A stretch of DNA of 64,000 bases. Source: a bacterium (GTDB lineage Bacteria > SAR324 > NAC60-12). The position numbers and the translations under genes are program-made. The stretch covers positions 32,001-96,000 of the forward strand of contig CBDDTI010000729.1 in NCBI GenBank assembly GCA_965233585.1, given 5' to 3'. The number at the start of each line of letters is the position of its first letter. Position 1 is the stretch's first letter. A model generated the notes under the pieces. It made no database searches. It saw only the letters and a program-made list of their open reading frames with translations, and had not been told where the DNA came from. This document shows positions 19,758 through 28,606 of this stretch, in pieces.

Positions 19758-21020
19758 ATGCAAATTGCTGTTTTAGGTTCGGGAATTAGTGGACTGGGTG
19801 CGTCTTATTTTTTAAGCAAGCAACATACTGTAGATTTGTACGAAAAAGAGAATCGTCTGGGGGGGCATGCACGAACAACGATTGTAGAAGAAAGCAGCAG
19901 AAACTTTGGCATAGACACAGGATTTTTAGTTTTCAACCATCACACGTATCCATTACTGACAAGATTTTTTGAGGAACTAGGTGTTGCGATTGAAAATAGC
20001 GACATGAGCTTTAGCTTCCATGACAAAACCAAGAACATCGCCTACAACGGCAAATCTATCAGTGATGTTTTCTTTCAAAGGAGTAATCTTTTTTCTTTTG
20101 ACCATTGGAGAATGGTCAGGGATATTCTCAAGTTCAATCAGGCTGCCAATCATCATTTACAGTCTGAAAGTATTGAATTAAATCAGAGCTTGGGGCAGTA
20201 CCTTGCCAAGTATTCAAAATCCTTTCAATACAAATACATTTTGCCAATGGGTGCAGCCATTTGGAGTACTCCCATTGAGAAAATGATGGATTTCCCTGCT
20301 GAAACATTCCTAAAATTTTTCAAAAATCACGGCTTGTTGGGTGTCAATACACAACATCAGTGGCTGACCGTTTCTGGTGGTTCAAAAAATTATGTAGAAA
20401 AAGTGACTCCTCATATTTCTGGAAAGATTGTGAAGAATAGCCAGATTGTCAAAATCAGGAGGAAGGACTCACAACATCAAGGGGCAGAACTCATTGACAA
20501 AAATGGAAATTTTTCAGTTTATGATAAGGTTGTGCTAGCGATGCACGCCCCTGATGCCTTGCAGATGCTAGAAAAACCAACTGCCCTAGAACAAGAGATA
20601 CTGGAATGCTTTCAATACACACAAAACCAAGCGACGCTGCATTGTGATGAAAGTGTGTTATATCCTGACCAAAGGTTTTATTCTGCTTGGAATTACACAA
20701 CTGATGGTCAAAACGATGTTGTCAAATTGACCTATTGGATCAATGCCTTGCAAAATTTGAAAACTAAACAAAACTACTTTGTCTCACTCAATGAACAAAC
20801 CCCGTTGAGAAACGTCATAGAAGTTGTTCAATATGAACACCCCTTATTTGACCAAAAAGCTATTCAGGCTCAAAAACGTTACGAAGAAATCAATGGAAAA
20901 AACCACACATACTTTGCAGGAGCTTATTGGAAAAACGGATTCCATGAAGACGGTTTGTTCTCTGCAAATCAAGTGGCATTAGCAATGGATTGTGGCTGGC
21001 TTGACATGGCTACTCCATGA
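19758..21020 (+). CDS. FAD-dependent oxidoreductase (amine oxidase-like; UfaD-like fatty acid desaturase)
   Basis: IAVLGSGISGL, RLGGHA, IDTGFLVFN..YP, AIWST, FAGAYW..GFHEDG. Confidence 0.9.
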   Translation: MQIAVLGSGISGLGASYFLSKQHTVDLYEKENRLGGHARTTIVEESSRNFGIDTGFLVFNHHTYPLLTRFFEELGVAIENSDMSFSFHDKTKNIAYNGKSISDVFFQRSNLFSFDHWRMVRDILKFNQAANHHLQSESIELNQSLGQYLAKYSKSFQYKYILPMGAAIWSTPIEKMMDFPAETFLKFFKNHGLLGVNTQHQWLTVSGGSKNYVEKVTPHISGKIVKNSQIVKIRRKDSQHQGAELIDKNGNFSVYDKVVLAMHAPDALQMLEKPTALEQEILECFQYTQNQATLHCDESVLYPDQRFYSAWNYTTDGQNDVVKLTYWINALQNLKTKQNYFVSLNEQTPLRNVIEVVQYEHPLFDQKAIQAQKRYEEINGKNHTYFAGAYWKNGFHEDGLFSANQVALAMDCGWLDMATP

Positions 21021-21760
21021 ATCATAGATATTTGACTGGAAAGGTGTATCACAGACGTTTTTTGCCCAAAAAGCATTTTTTTCAGTATCAATTTTTTATG
21101 ATTGATATTGACCTCAAACATTTTTCAAGTTTGAAAAGCCGTTTTTTTGGAATCAATACTAAAAATATTTTCTCATTTCAGACCAAAGACCATTTTGGAA
21201 AAAGTCCTATTTTCTTAGAAAATGTCAAAGATTTATTGGAAAAGTTAGAACTCAAATTTTATGATGACATGAGATTCATTACTTTACCAAGAATCTTTCA
21301 TTTTGTTTTTAATCCCATTAGCTTACTTCTTGCTTTGGACCATCTTCAAAAACCCGTGTATTTGGTGGCTGAAGTTCACAACTACAATGGCGGTCGCGTA
21401 CTGTACCCCGTCATGCTACAACATCAAAAGAATGACCTCTACAAAGGAATAATTCCCAAAAGTATGTATGTTTCTCCTTTTTTTGATCATAGTGGGAATT
21501 ATCAATTTTTAGTCCGATACAATCAATCAGGACTAAACTGTCAAGTGAGTTTATTTCACGACCAGCAAAAAATGCTAGATGCTGTTTTTAATGGTCAAAG
21601 TTTACCCTTCGGTTGCAAGAATACATTAAAGCTATTTAGTCAATATACTTTCACCACTTTTTTAATCGTTATAAGGACTGTATGGCAGACTGTTTTATTA
21701 AAAATGAAGGGTCTCAGGTGGTATTCTCCTTTAGAAAGTGATCAAAAAAAACAATATTAA
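21017..21760 (+). CDS. DUF1365 family protein
   Basis: GKVYHRRFLPKKHFF.Y, PRIFHFVFNPIS, AEVHN, K.MYVSPF. Confidence 0.9.
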   Translation: MNHRYLTGKVYHRRFLPKKHFFQYQFFMIDIDLKHFSSLKSRFFGINTKNIFSFQTKDHFGKSPIFLENVKDLLEKLELKFYDDMRFITLPRIFHFVFNPISLLLALDHLQKPVYLVAEVHNYNGGRVLYPVMLQHQKNDLYKGIIPKSMYVSPFFDHSGNYQFLVRYNQSGLNCQVSLFHDQQKMLDAVFNGQSLPFGCKNTLKLFSQYTFTTFLIVIRTVWQTVLLKMKGLRWYSPLESDQKKQY

Positions 21761-21776
21761 TGACGTAGTTAATTCA

Positions 21777-23024
21777 ATGAAATTACAAAAGCATCAAAAC
21801 CAGTTACAAGGTTTTTGGAACAAGATAGGACATTATTTTTTTTCTAAAATCCAACAAGGTCATTTGCAAGTAACTTATGACAACGGTACAACATTTAACT
21901 ATGGAAACAGAAACGAACCATCTAGCCATCTTCATTTAAAAAATCACAAAATTTTTAAAAAGTTGTTTTTGTATGGTGATATTGGTTTTGCAGAAAGTTA
22001 TATGGACAATGACTTTGAAGTTGATGACCTGACTAAACTCATTGAAATCGCCTTGATTAACACAGAATATTTACACACACTCAGCGAATATGAAAAATTA
22101 AGTAGCCTCTACAATCTTGTTCCATACTTCAATCGTCTACGTCATAAACTTCATAAAAATTCTAAAAAATTAGCTAAAAGAAATATCAGCCAACATTATG
22201 ATTTATCTAATCACTTTTTTTCTCTCATGTTAGATAAAACGATGATGTACTCCAGTGCTGTTTTTCAATCTAAAACAGACTCACTTGAGGAGGCACAACG
22301 TTATAAAATCAAGAAGTTAGCAGAAAAACTTAATATCAATTCTAAAAGTAAAGTGTTGGAGATTGGGTCAGGCTGGGGTGCTATGTCAAGTTATTTGGCT
22401 CAAGAGATCGGTTGCGAGGTGGTCTCTTTGACTCTTTCTGAAGAACAAAAAAAATACTGTGATGAGCAAATCAAAAAGGAAAGTATAGACAACTTGACTA
22501 TCCTTGTTAAAGATTATAGAGACATGCAAGGAAAGTTTGATGCCATTTTAGCAGTGGAAATGTTTGAGGCAGTCGGCAAAGAATACTTTCATCAGTTTTT
22601 TAAAAAATGTGAGCAATTACTTGTCAAAAGCGGTGTGATGGTGTTACAAGTGATCACCGTACCCGACCAACGTTATGAATGCTACCAAAAAGACAGTGAT
22701 TTTATCAGAAAGTATATTTTCCCCGGGGGACATTTACCCAGCTTAAAAAGTTTGTTAAAAGTCACACACGACCACACTCGTTTTAATTTACTCGGATTGG
22801 AAGATTTTACAGAACACTATGCCAAAACATTACAGATTTGGAAAAGGAACTTTAATGAAAAAATAGACAAAGTAATAGATTTAGATTTTGATGACTACTT
22901 CATTAGAATGTGGAATATGTATTTAAGTTATTGTCAAGCAGGTTTTTTAACACGAAACATTAATTTGTTACAAGTTGTCTTTACTAGAGACCAAAATATG
23001 TCTCTTAATCAAGGATTGCTATGA
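21777..23024 (+). CDS. cfa: Cyclopropane-fatty-acyl-phospholipid synthase family methyltransferase
   Basis: IGFAESYM, NISQHYDLSN.FF, MMYSSA, VLEIGSGWG, DFIRKYIFPGG, HYAKTL, RMW..YLSYC. Alternative GTG start at 21738. Confidence 0.9.
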   Translation: MKLQKHQNQLQGFWNKIGHYFFSKIQQGHLQVTYDNGTTFNYGNRNEPSSHLHLKNHKIFKKLFLYGDIGFAESYMDNDFEVDDLTKLIEIALINTEYLHTLSEYEKLSSLYNLVPYFNRLRHKLHKNSKKLAKRNISQHYDLSNHFFSLMLDKTMMYSSAVFQSKTDSLEEAQRYKIKKLAEKLNINSKSKVLEIGSGWGAMSSYLAQEIGCEVVSLTLSEEQKKYCDEQIKKESIDNLTILVKDYRDMQGKFDAILAVEMFEAVGKEYFHQFFKKCEQLLVKSGVMVLQVITVPDQRYECYQKDSDFIRKYIFPGGHLPSLKSLLKVTHDHTRFNLLGLEDFTEHYAKTLQIWKRNFNEKIDKVIDLDFDDYFIRMWNMYLSYCQAGFLTRNINLLQVVFTRDQNMSLNQGLL

Positions 23025-23107
23025 ACTTGGAAAATGCAAATTTTATTACTATCTTTTAAAGCATCGTTTTTTATTTTTTTCATTGTTAACATGAGCAGGT
23101 TGTAGTT

Positions 23108-23578
23108 ATGAATATTGAAGATTTCCAAGGTGTCCAACCAGAATTTATTCCCCAAACTTTCTTTGATGGAGAGCTTGACGTTTATGGATTAGTCAAAGAT
23201 TGGAAGGGAGACGTGATTAGAAGTTTTCAAGGTCAGATGAAAGGAAGCTGGAATGACGAAGGAACAGGAACTTTGTCAGAAACTTTTGTCTTTGATGATG
23301 GAGAGAACCAAAATAGAACTTGGACGCTCAAACCAGTTGATTCTAAAACATTTATTGCGACTGCAAATGACGTGATTGGAGAAGGATCTTTTATTACAAG
23401 GGGCAACACGATGTTTGGTCAATATACTTTGCAAATTGCCTATGGCAACTCTCCTCTTAACATTGATGTCCAAGATTGGCTTCATTTGCAAAACGATAAT
23501 GTTGTTTTGAATCATGCTAGAATGAAAAAATTTGGCATTACTGTTGGTTCACTCATCACAACTATTATCAAGAAATAG
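23108..23578 (+). CDS. DUF3833 family protein (lipoprotein signal upstream appears disrupted)
   Basis: FFDG...YGLVKD, GTLSETFVFDDGE...RTW, TANDVIG, DWL, KFGI.VG. Confidence 0.8.
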   Translation: MNIEDFQGVQPEFIPQTFFDGELDVYGLVKDWKGDVIRSFQGQMKGSWNDEGTGTLSETFVFDDGENQNRTWTLKPVDSKTFIATANDVIGEGSFITRGNTMFGQYTLQIAYGNSPLNIDVQDWLHLQNDNVVLNHARMKKFGITVGSLITTIIKK

Positions 23579-23805
23579 TCATCTTTCTCAAACTTTTTAG
23601 AATCAGTTCTCAACATCTGGTTAGTTTCTGATTTTCAATCATAAAATTATGTTTTATCAAACGCAATATGGTAATTTTTCACAACTTTTAACTCAATTGA
23701 GTCATTTCGCCATTTGATGATTCCTTGTAAATGGACAGCCAACAACGCACCTCAGATTAATATCTCAAACAAAAAAATATTTTTGAATCATCAACGTCTT
23801 TTAAA

Positions 23806-23834
23806 TTGACATGATTTGATTTTATAGTTATTCT
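23806..23834 (+). promoter_or_regulatory. Putative sigma70 promoter
   Basis: TTGACA, 17 bp, TATTCT, about 40 bp upstream of the ORF at 23874. Confidence 0.55.
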
Positions 23835-23873
23835 GTCCGTTAAACTTTATTTTTTAACTTTTAATCAAAATTC

Positions 23874-24662
23874 ATGGAAGTCTTTATGAGGTTCTTAGTT
23901 CAGACTAAAGCAATCATTGTGAGTGTAGTGTTAATAGGGAGTTTTTCTGCCTATGCTCAAGAAGACGAAATTGGAACAACCCGCGTTGACATCACTTATG
24001 ATGTTGCTAATGCTTTCAGGATTCAAGATGTTGGGTTAAACAAGGAATCGGAGGGACAAATACGTGACCAGCAAGGATTTGGACTGGAATTTACTCAAGT
24101 TTTTGGGAAGTACATTGGGGTGAATTTGGGTTGGTCAAGTTATCATTATTCGGGTTCTATTTTTGACCAAGCGACTGTCAATTTTGAAGCCACTGAAGGC
24201 GGTGGAACTAAGGTCACAAGTAATGCGACAAATGTTGAATACAAAATGGACGTGAAAGCCTCTGTTGCTCGTGCTGGACTATCTTTGAATATCGAAGGAA
24301 AACGTGGAGAAGCTCACATTCCTTTTTTGTATATTTTGGAAGGCGGTTTTATGCGGGCAGAAACGACTGGTCAACTTGAGCTATTGACCAAAGCATCAAG
24401 CACCCCATTTGCAAAAATCAACTTCAAACAAGAACCAAATGCAAATTACTGGCGTTTTGGATTCTTGCTTGGATTTACTGATGGAATGCACTTCACTTTC
24501 GGATCTAAATCCCAAAATCTCTTGGCACTTGAGCTGGAAAGCTGTGATGCAAAACGAATTGGTGAAGACGCTTGTGATACCATTGACAATTCACTGAAAA
24601 ACAGAAAACAGGAATACAAACCTTTGGAGTCCATTATGTTAGGTTTAGGAGTGAATTGGTAA
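23874..24662 (+). CDS. Hypothetical outer-membrane beta-barrel-like protein
   Basis: Signal peptide ending AYA, amphipathic beta-strand pattern, C-terminal MLGLGVNW. Confidence 0.65.
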   Translation: MEVFMRFLVQTKAIIVSVVLIGSFSAYAQEDEIGTTRVDITYDVANAFRIQDVGLNKESEGQIRDQQGFGLEFTQVFGKYIGVNLGWSSYHYSGSIFDQATVNFEATEGGGTKVTSNATNVEYKMDVKASVARAGLSLNIEGKRGEAHIPFLYILEGGFMRAETTGQLELLTKASSTPFAKINFKQEPNANYWRFGFLLGFTDGMHFTFGSKSQNLLALELESCDAKRIGEDACDTIDNSLKNRKQEYKPLESIMLGLGVNW

Positions 24663-24822
24663 GGTTTTGTCTGTTTATTAGTTTTAAATGTAGAAGCCTC
24701 AAATTAGTTTAATATCCCATCAAATAACTACTGCTGCAGTAGTAGAGCAGTGAAATTGAATCAATTTTTTTGAATGATTTATGGGTTTGGTACAATTCTT
24801 TTGAAATTTTTGAAAAAATCGC

Positions 24823-24850
24823 TTGACTTCAGAAGTCAGTTTGATATGAT
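24823..24850 (+). promoter_or_regulatory. Putative promoter with overlapping palindromic operator
   Basis: TTGACT (24823-28), 16 bp, TATGAT (24845-50). TGACTTC-A-GAAGTCA inverted repeat at 24824-24838. Confidence 0.55.
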
Positions 24851-24876
24851 TCATGTGTTTCTAATAGTTACTCTTG

Positions 24877-25919
24877 ATGAAAGGCATGATGAAAACAGAT
24901 TTATTAGAATTAAACCTGACAAATGCTCAAAAAAGTCTTTTATTTGAGATTTTTGAAAAAATTGAATACCCCAAAACTTGTTACAGAACCTACCTAAACC
25001 AATTACAAGACCTGCTAAATCGTTTAGACTTTATGTTCAAGGATTTGTTTGAAAACAAGTCTTTATCAAGAGGATACCAGAAATACGGTTTAGTCAAGAT
25101 TACAAATCTTCCCCAAGATCAAATTGACTTAAAAGCTCCTAAAAACGGAAGCGATTTGAAACTTATCCCCAAAAAAACATATATATCTGAGAATGTACTA
25201 ACATTTTTCTCATTGATTTTTGGAAGACCTTACTCAGTACAAGCAGAAGGACAAGGTTTAATCAATAATTTGATACCTAAACAATCGAGTCATACTAGCC
25301 TTACTGGGATAGGATCAAAAAATGAACTTGGTTGGCATATTGAAAATACAGCATTACAATATGCTACAAAGTCTAATTGTTCTCCCCAATATCTTACCAT
25401 GATAGGCGTTACACAAGACCCTGCCCCCCCCCCCCCCAAACAAAGTTTGCAGATGCTAGAAAAGCTATCAGTTTATTGAAACAAAGTGACATTGATCTTT
25501 TGTCAAAACCTTTGTTTCAATTTAGACTCCCTTATCGTTGGAGAAGTCAGGAAAGATATATGAATTATCAAAGCAAACATGCTCCTATTCTCAAACTTGA
25601 AAATCATTCACTTTGTGTCAATGGAGCATTTTATGGCGACATGTTAGTTCAAGAAAATATCACCTCCAAAGAAAAAGAATCTGTTAAACATCTGATTGAA
25701 GCATTGAACGAAGTGAGTATTTCAGAGGTGATTGAACCCGGTACAATGATTTGTATAGACAATCGTGTCATACTCCATTCAAGAACAGCATTTAATGCAA
25801 CCTTTGACCAAGAAGGCAATCCTTCTCGTTGGGTTCAAAGACTTTTTCTTACTGAAAATCTTGCATCCTTTCAAGATTGGGATCAAACAGACGATAATGT
25901 TTACAAGTTCAACTTCTGA
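24877..25919 (+). pseudogene. Clavaminate synthase/TauD-like Fe(II)/2-oxoglutarate dioxygenase, frameshifted at a poly-C tract (possibly phase-variable)
   Basis: The N-half has LGWHIEN (HxE); the C-half has IDNRVILHSRTAF and RWVQR. The halves are in different frames and meet at the C14 run. Confidence 0.85.
25424..25437 (+). repeat. C14 homopolymer (simple-sequence repeat)
   Basis: gaccctg-CCCCCCCCCCCCCC-aaacaaag in a very AT-rich gene. Confidence 0.95.
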
Positions 25920-27027
25920 CACAAGCCATATCAGATGGCAGGTTTATTTTCTGATCTTATCCAGTTCGTTGTTTCAAGGAGGCATTAGTCTTTATTCACT
26001 TTATTTAAGCGGAGAAGGATTATCTGACTATGATGTTTCTCTACATTATTCTATTTTTGGATTAGGTGGGATTCTAGGAAGCGTTTCTGGTGGAATTTTA
26101 GGTGAATACTATACAGCTAAAAAGATTTCTCTAATACTTAATTCTTTATTGATGATTGCTGTATCAGGTTTATTTTATTACGAGCCATTTTCTTTCTTTT
26201 CTTTTTTGATTGGTTATGGAATCACTACCAATAGATCCAATATACTCAATTATTTTTCAACAATTCAATGTCAAAAATTAGCAGAAAAAGCATTATCTTG
26301 GAGAAGATTTTTATTGAACTTAGGTGTTGCAGTTGGAGCATGGTTTGTAGGCTTTTTGCTTAAATTAGATAGTTTATACTTTTTATTATTTTGTGCTGTA
26401 ATTGCGATCATCAATTTAGTGATTTCCATCTTACTACCTCCATTAGCCAATCATGTTTCTCAAAACATAGATTCCATTCAAAAACAAGGATACAAACAAT
26501 TTTGGTTATTATGCTTAATTTTTGTATTGGCGTTATTTCCATTTGCTTTGATTCCTAATTTATACCTATTGCATTTACAAAGTGAAACAAACTTCATGCA
26601 CCCTTCTACTGCAGGAACCATATTTTTAGTGAATGGGGTGATCATTATTTTATTACAAGTTCCTATCATCAGGTTACTGGAAAATATAGCTTCCAAATGG
26701 AAGTGTAGTTTGGGAGTGTTATTGATTGGATTAGGTGTGGGAAGTGTTGCAATGACCCAAAATCAATTACAACTTTATTCAGGGGTCTTTCTTTGGACTC
26801 TTGGTGAGATCATTTTATTTGTTCCTTTTTTAACATTCTTTCTAAAGAGTTCTCCTTTTTCAAAGGGCAAAACAATCAGTATTTATCAGCTTTGTTTTGC
26901 TTTTTCTGATTTTGTCTATCCTTTAATTGCAGCACAAATGATTTTAGTTTCTAAATTTTACTTGTGGATTCTTGTGATATGTCTTTCTATTTTTTCAAGT
27001 ATTTTTTCATTTAAACTCATCAAGTAA
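25897..27027 (+). CDS. MFS transporter (probable exporter)
   Basis: About 12 hydrophobic segments; GGILGE, NLGVAVG, NGVIIILLQVP, LWTLGEII. ATG at 25897 overlaps the dioxygenase end. Confidence 0.85.
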   Translation: MFTSSTSDTSHIRWQVYFLILSSSLFQGGISLYSLYLSGEGLSDYDVSLHYSIFGLGGILGSVSGGILGEYYTAKKISLILNSLLMIAVSGLFYYEPFSFFSFLIGYGITTNRSNILNYFSTIQCQKLAEKALSWRRFLLNLGVAVGAWFVGFLLKLDSLYFLLFCAVIAIINLVISILLPPLANHVSQNIDSIQKQGYKQFWLLCLIFVLALFPFALIPNLYLLHLQSETNFMHPSTAGTIFLVNGVIIILLQVPIIRLLENIASKWKCSLGVLLIGLGVGSVAMTQNQLQLYSGVFLWTLGEIILFVPFLTFFLKSSPFSKGKTISIYQLCFAFSDFVYPLIAAQMILVSKFYLWILVICLSIFSSIFSFKLIK

Positions 27028-27039
27028 TTTTTTATCAAC

Positions 27040-28233
27040 ATGAAACTGTTCTTTATGACAACTGCAACTAAGCTTAATATGTACTCTCATCACACTTTAG
27101 ATATTGCTAAGACGTTTCAGCCGATTGCTATTTTACCTCAAGGACATCAAAAACTAGTCAATGCTGAAACATCTGCTATCTTTTCTAAAATGATTGAATT
27201 TGGTGAAAATTGTACAATGAACGAACAATTCAAAAAGCATTATCAACATAAAGAAGAAACTAGAATCATCTCAATGTCTGAAGAAATGTTGTTAGAAATT
27301 GCAAAGCTTAGAGATGAGTTTGATCTACCCGGAATGAGATACCAAGAGACCTTACTTTTTAGGGATAAATATGAAATGAAAAGGCACCTTAATCAATATG
27401 AAATTCCTATGTCTTCTTTTTTAGAATATGACAAAATGAAGGATTTTCAATACTATGAAAGTCATTTGAAATGTCCCTTTATTCTCAAACCAAGAGACGC
27501 TTTTGGTGCAGAAGGGTTTTATAAAATTAACAACAAAAAAATATACAATGAAGTCAAGCACCTACTACGTAACTGTGCTAAGGAATACATGGCTGAAAGC
27601 TTCATTGAGGGAGAATTATTTCACTGCGAAAGTATTGTACAAAATGGAGAAATTATTTTTTCTCAAGTTGGTCAATGCTCCACTCCTGCTGCAAATTTTC
27701 AAAAGTTAGAACCGATGTTTTATTCTTTTGTGAAAAATGAAGAAGACATTGCTATTAGAATCAAAACACTCAATCAAGATGTTTTGAAAGTGATGCCTTT
27801 ACTAAACGGAGTGACACATCATGAAGTTTTTGTGAAACCTGATGGAAATATTGTGTTTTTAGAGATTGCAGCTAGAACACCTGGCGCATTACTTGTTCCT
27901 CAATACCAAAAAAAGTTTGGCATCAATTTACTAGATATTTCTTTTTTACAACAAATGGACATAGAATTTAATTTACAACTCAATGAAAGCAAAACCTATG
28001 TTGCAACAGGACAATTTCCTTTGGGAAAAGGAGTTGTCAAAAAGTTAAACTATCCCAGTAACCTTAACTCAAAGTTTCATTTCCAACATAGAATCCAAAA
28101 AAACGATCAACTACATGGAGCCAAACAACTGCGAGATATTGCAGCAGATATTATCTTAGAAAATGAGAGTGAACCTGCACTTAAACAAGACATGCTATAC
28201 CTTTCTCAATTTGATGTTTGTGAATTTTACTGA
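27040..28233 (+). CDS. ATP-grasp domain protein (L-amino acid ligase-like)
   Basis: FRDKYEMK, PFILKPRDAFGAEG, AESFIEG, GVTHHEVF, FLEIAARTPG. Confidence 0.88.
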   Translation: MKLFFMTTATKLNMYSHHTLDIAKTFQPIAILPQGHQKLVNAETSAIFSKMIEFGENCTMNEQFKKHYQHKEETRIISMSEEMLLEIAKLRDEFDLPGMRYQETLLFRDKYEMKRHLNQYEIPMSSFLEYDKMKDFQYYESHLKCPFILKPRDAFGAEGFYKINNKKIYNEVKHLLRNCAKEYMAESFIEGELFHCESIVQNGEIIFSQVGQCSTPAANFQKLEPMFYSFVKNEEDIAIRIKTLNQDVLKVMPLLNGVTHHEVFVKPDGNIVFLEIAARTPGALLVPQYQKKFGINLLDISFLQQMDIEFNLQLNESKTYVATGQFPLGKGVVKKLNYPSNLNSKFHFQHRIQKNDQLHGAKQLRDIAADIILENESEPALKQDMLYLSQFDVCEFY

Positions 28234-28276
28234 ATTTATCTTGTTGTTAGAGCCAATCTACTGATAATGGTATTGA

Positions 28277-28606
28277 CTACTTTTTACAAAATTCCATGAT
28301 GAGTTCATCAGGTGAGCGATAGTTGCAGTCGTATTTGTTCATTTCTGCTGCGCCGCAATAATATGTGCCATCACTCAAATTGGCAGAGGCAAACACAGGA
28401 GGTTGCTGGACAGAGTCTAAAATTTTGACCTTCCCTGATTGAATCATAAAACTAGTTTTCCCCCAACGCAGTGCAATACGGCAGAGTTTCACAACTTCTG
28501 AATAAGACTGACCCGGGTACAACAATACGGGGCTAGATTGAGAGCAATTATTGATAATAAATATGCAAATCCACAGCAGGATATTCCGACAATTAAAGCA
28601 ACTCAT
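28277..28606 (-). CDS. Small Cys-rich hypothetical protein, possibly exported
   Basis: 109-aa portion of ORF 28277..28732 from ATG 28606; hydrophobic N-terminal stretch followed by C; fills the gap after the prs-like gene. Confidence 0.4.
   Translation of the reverse strand: MSCFNCRNILLWICIFIINNCSQSSPVLLYPGQSYSEVVKLCRIALRWGKTSFMIQSGKVKILDSVQQPPVFASANLSDGTYYCGAAEMNKYDCNYRSPDELIMEFCKK

Noticed and set aside
23092..23094. TGA read-through or alternative genetic code
   Set aside because: TGA terminates many well-defined genes here (e.g. rtcB, folE, cfa), so the standard code applies.
25765..25896. Long N-terminal extension of the MFS ORF
   Set aside because: It overlaps the conserved dioxygenase C-terminus; ATG 25897 is the more plausible start.
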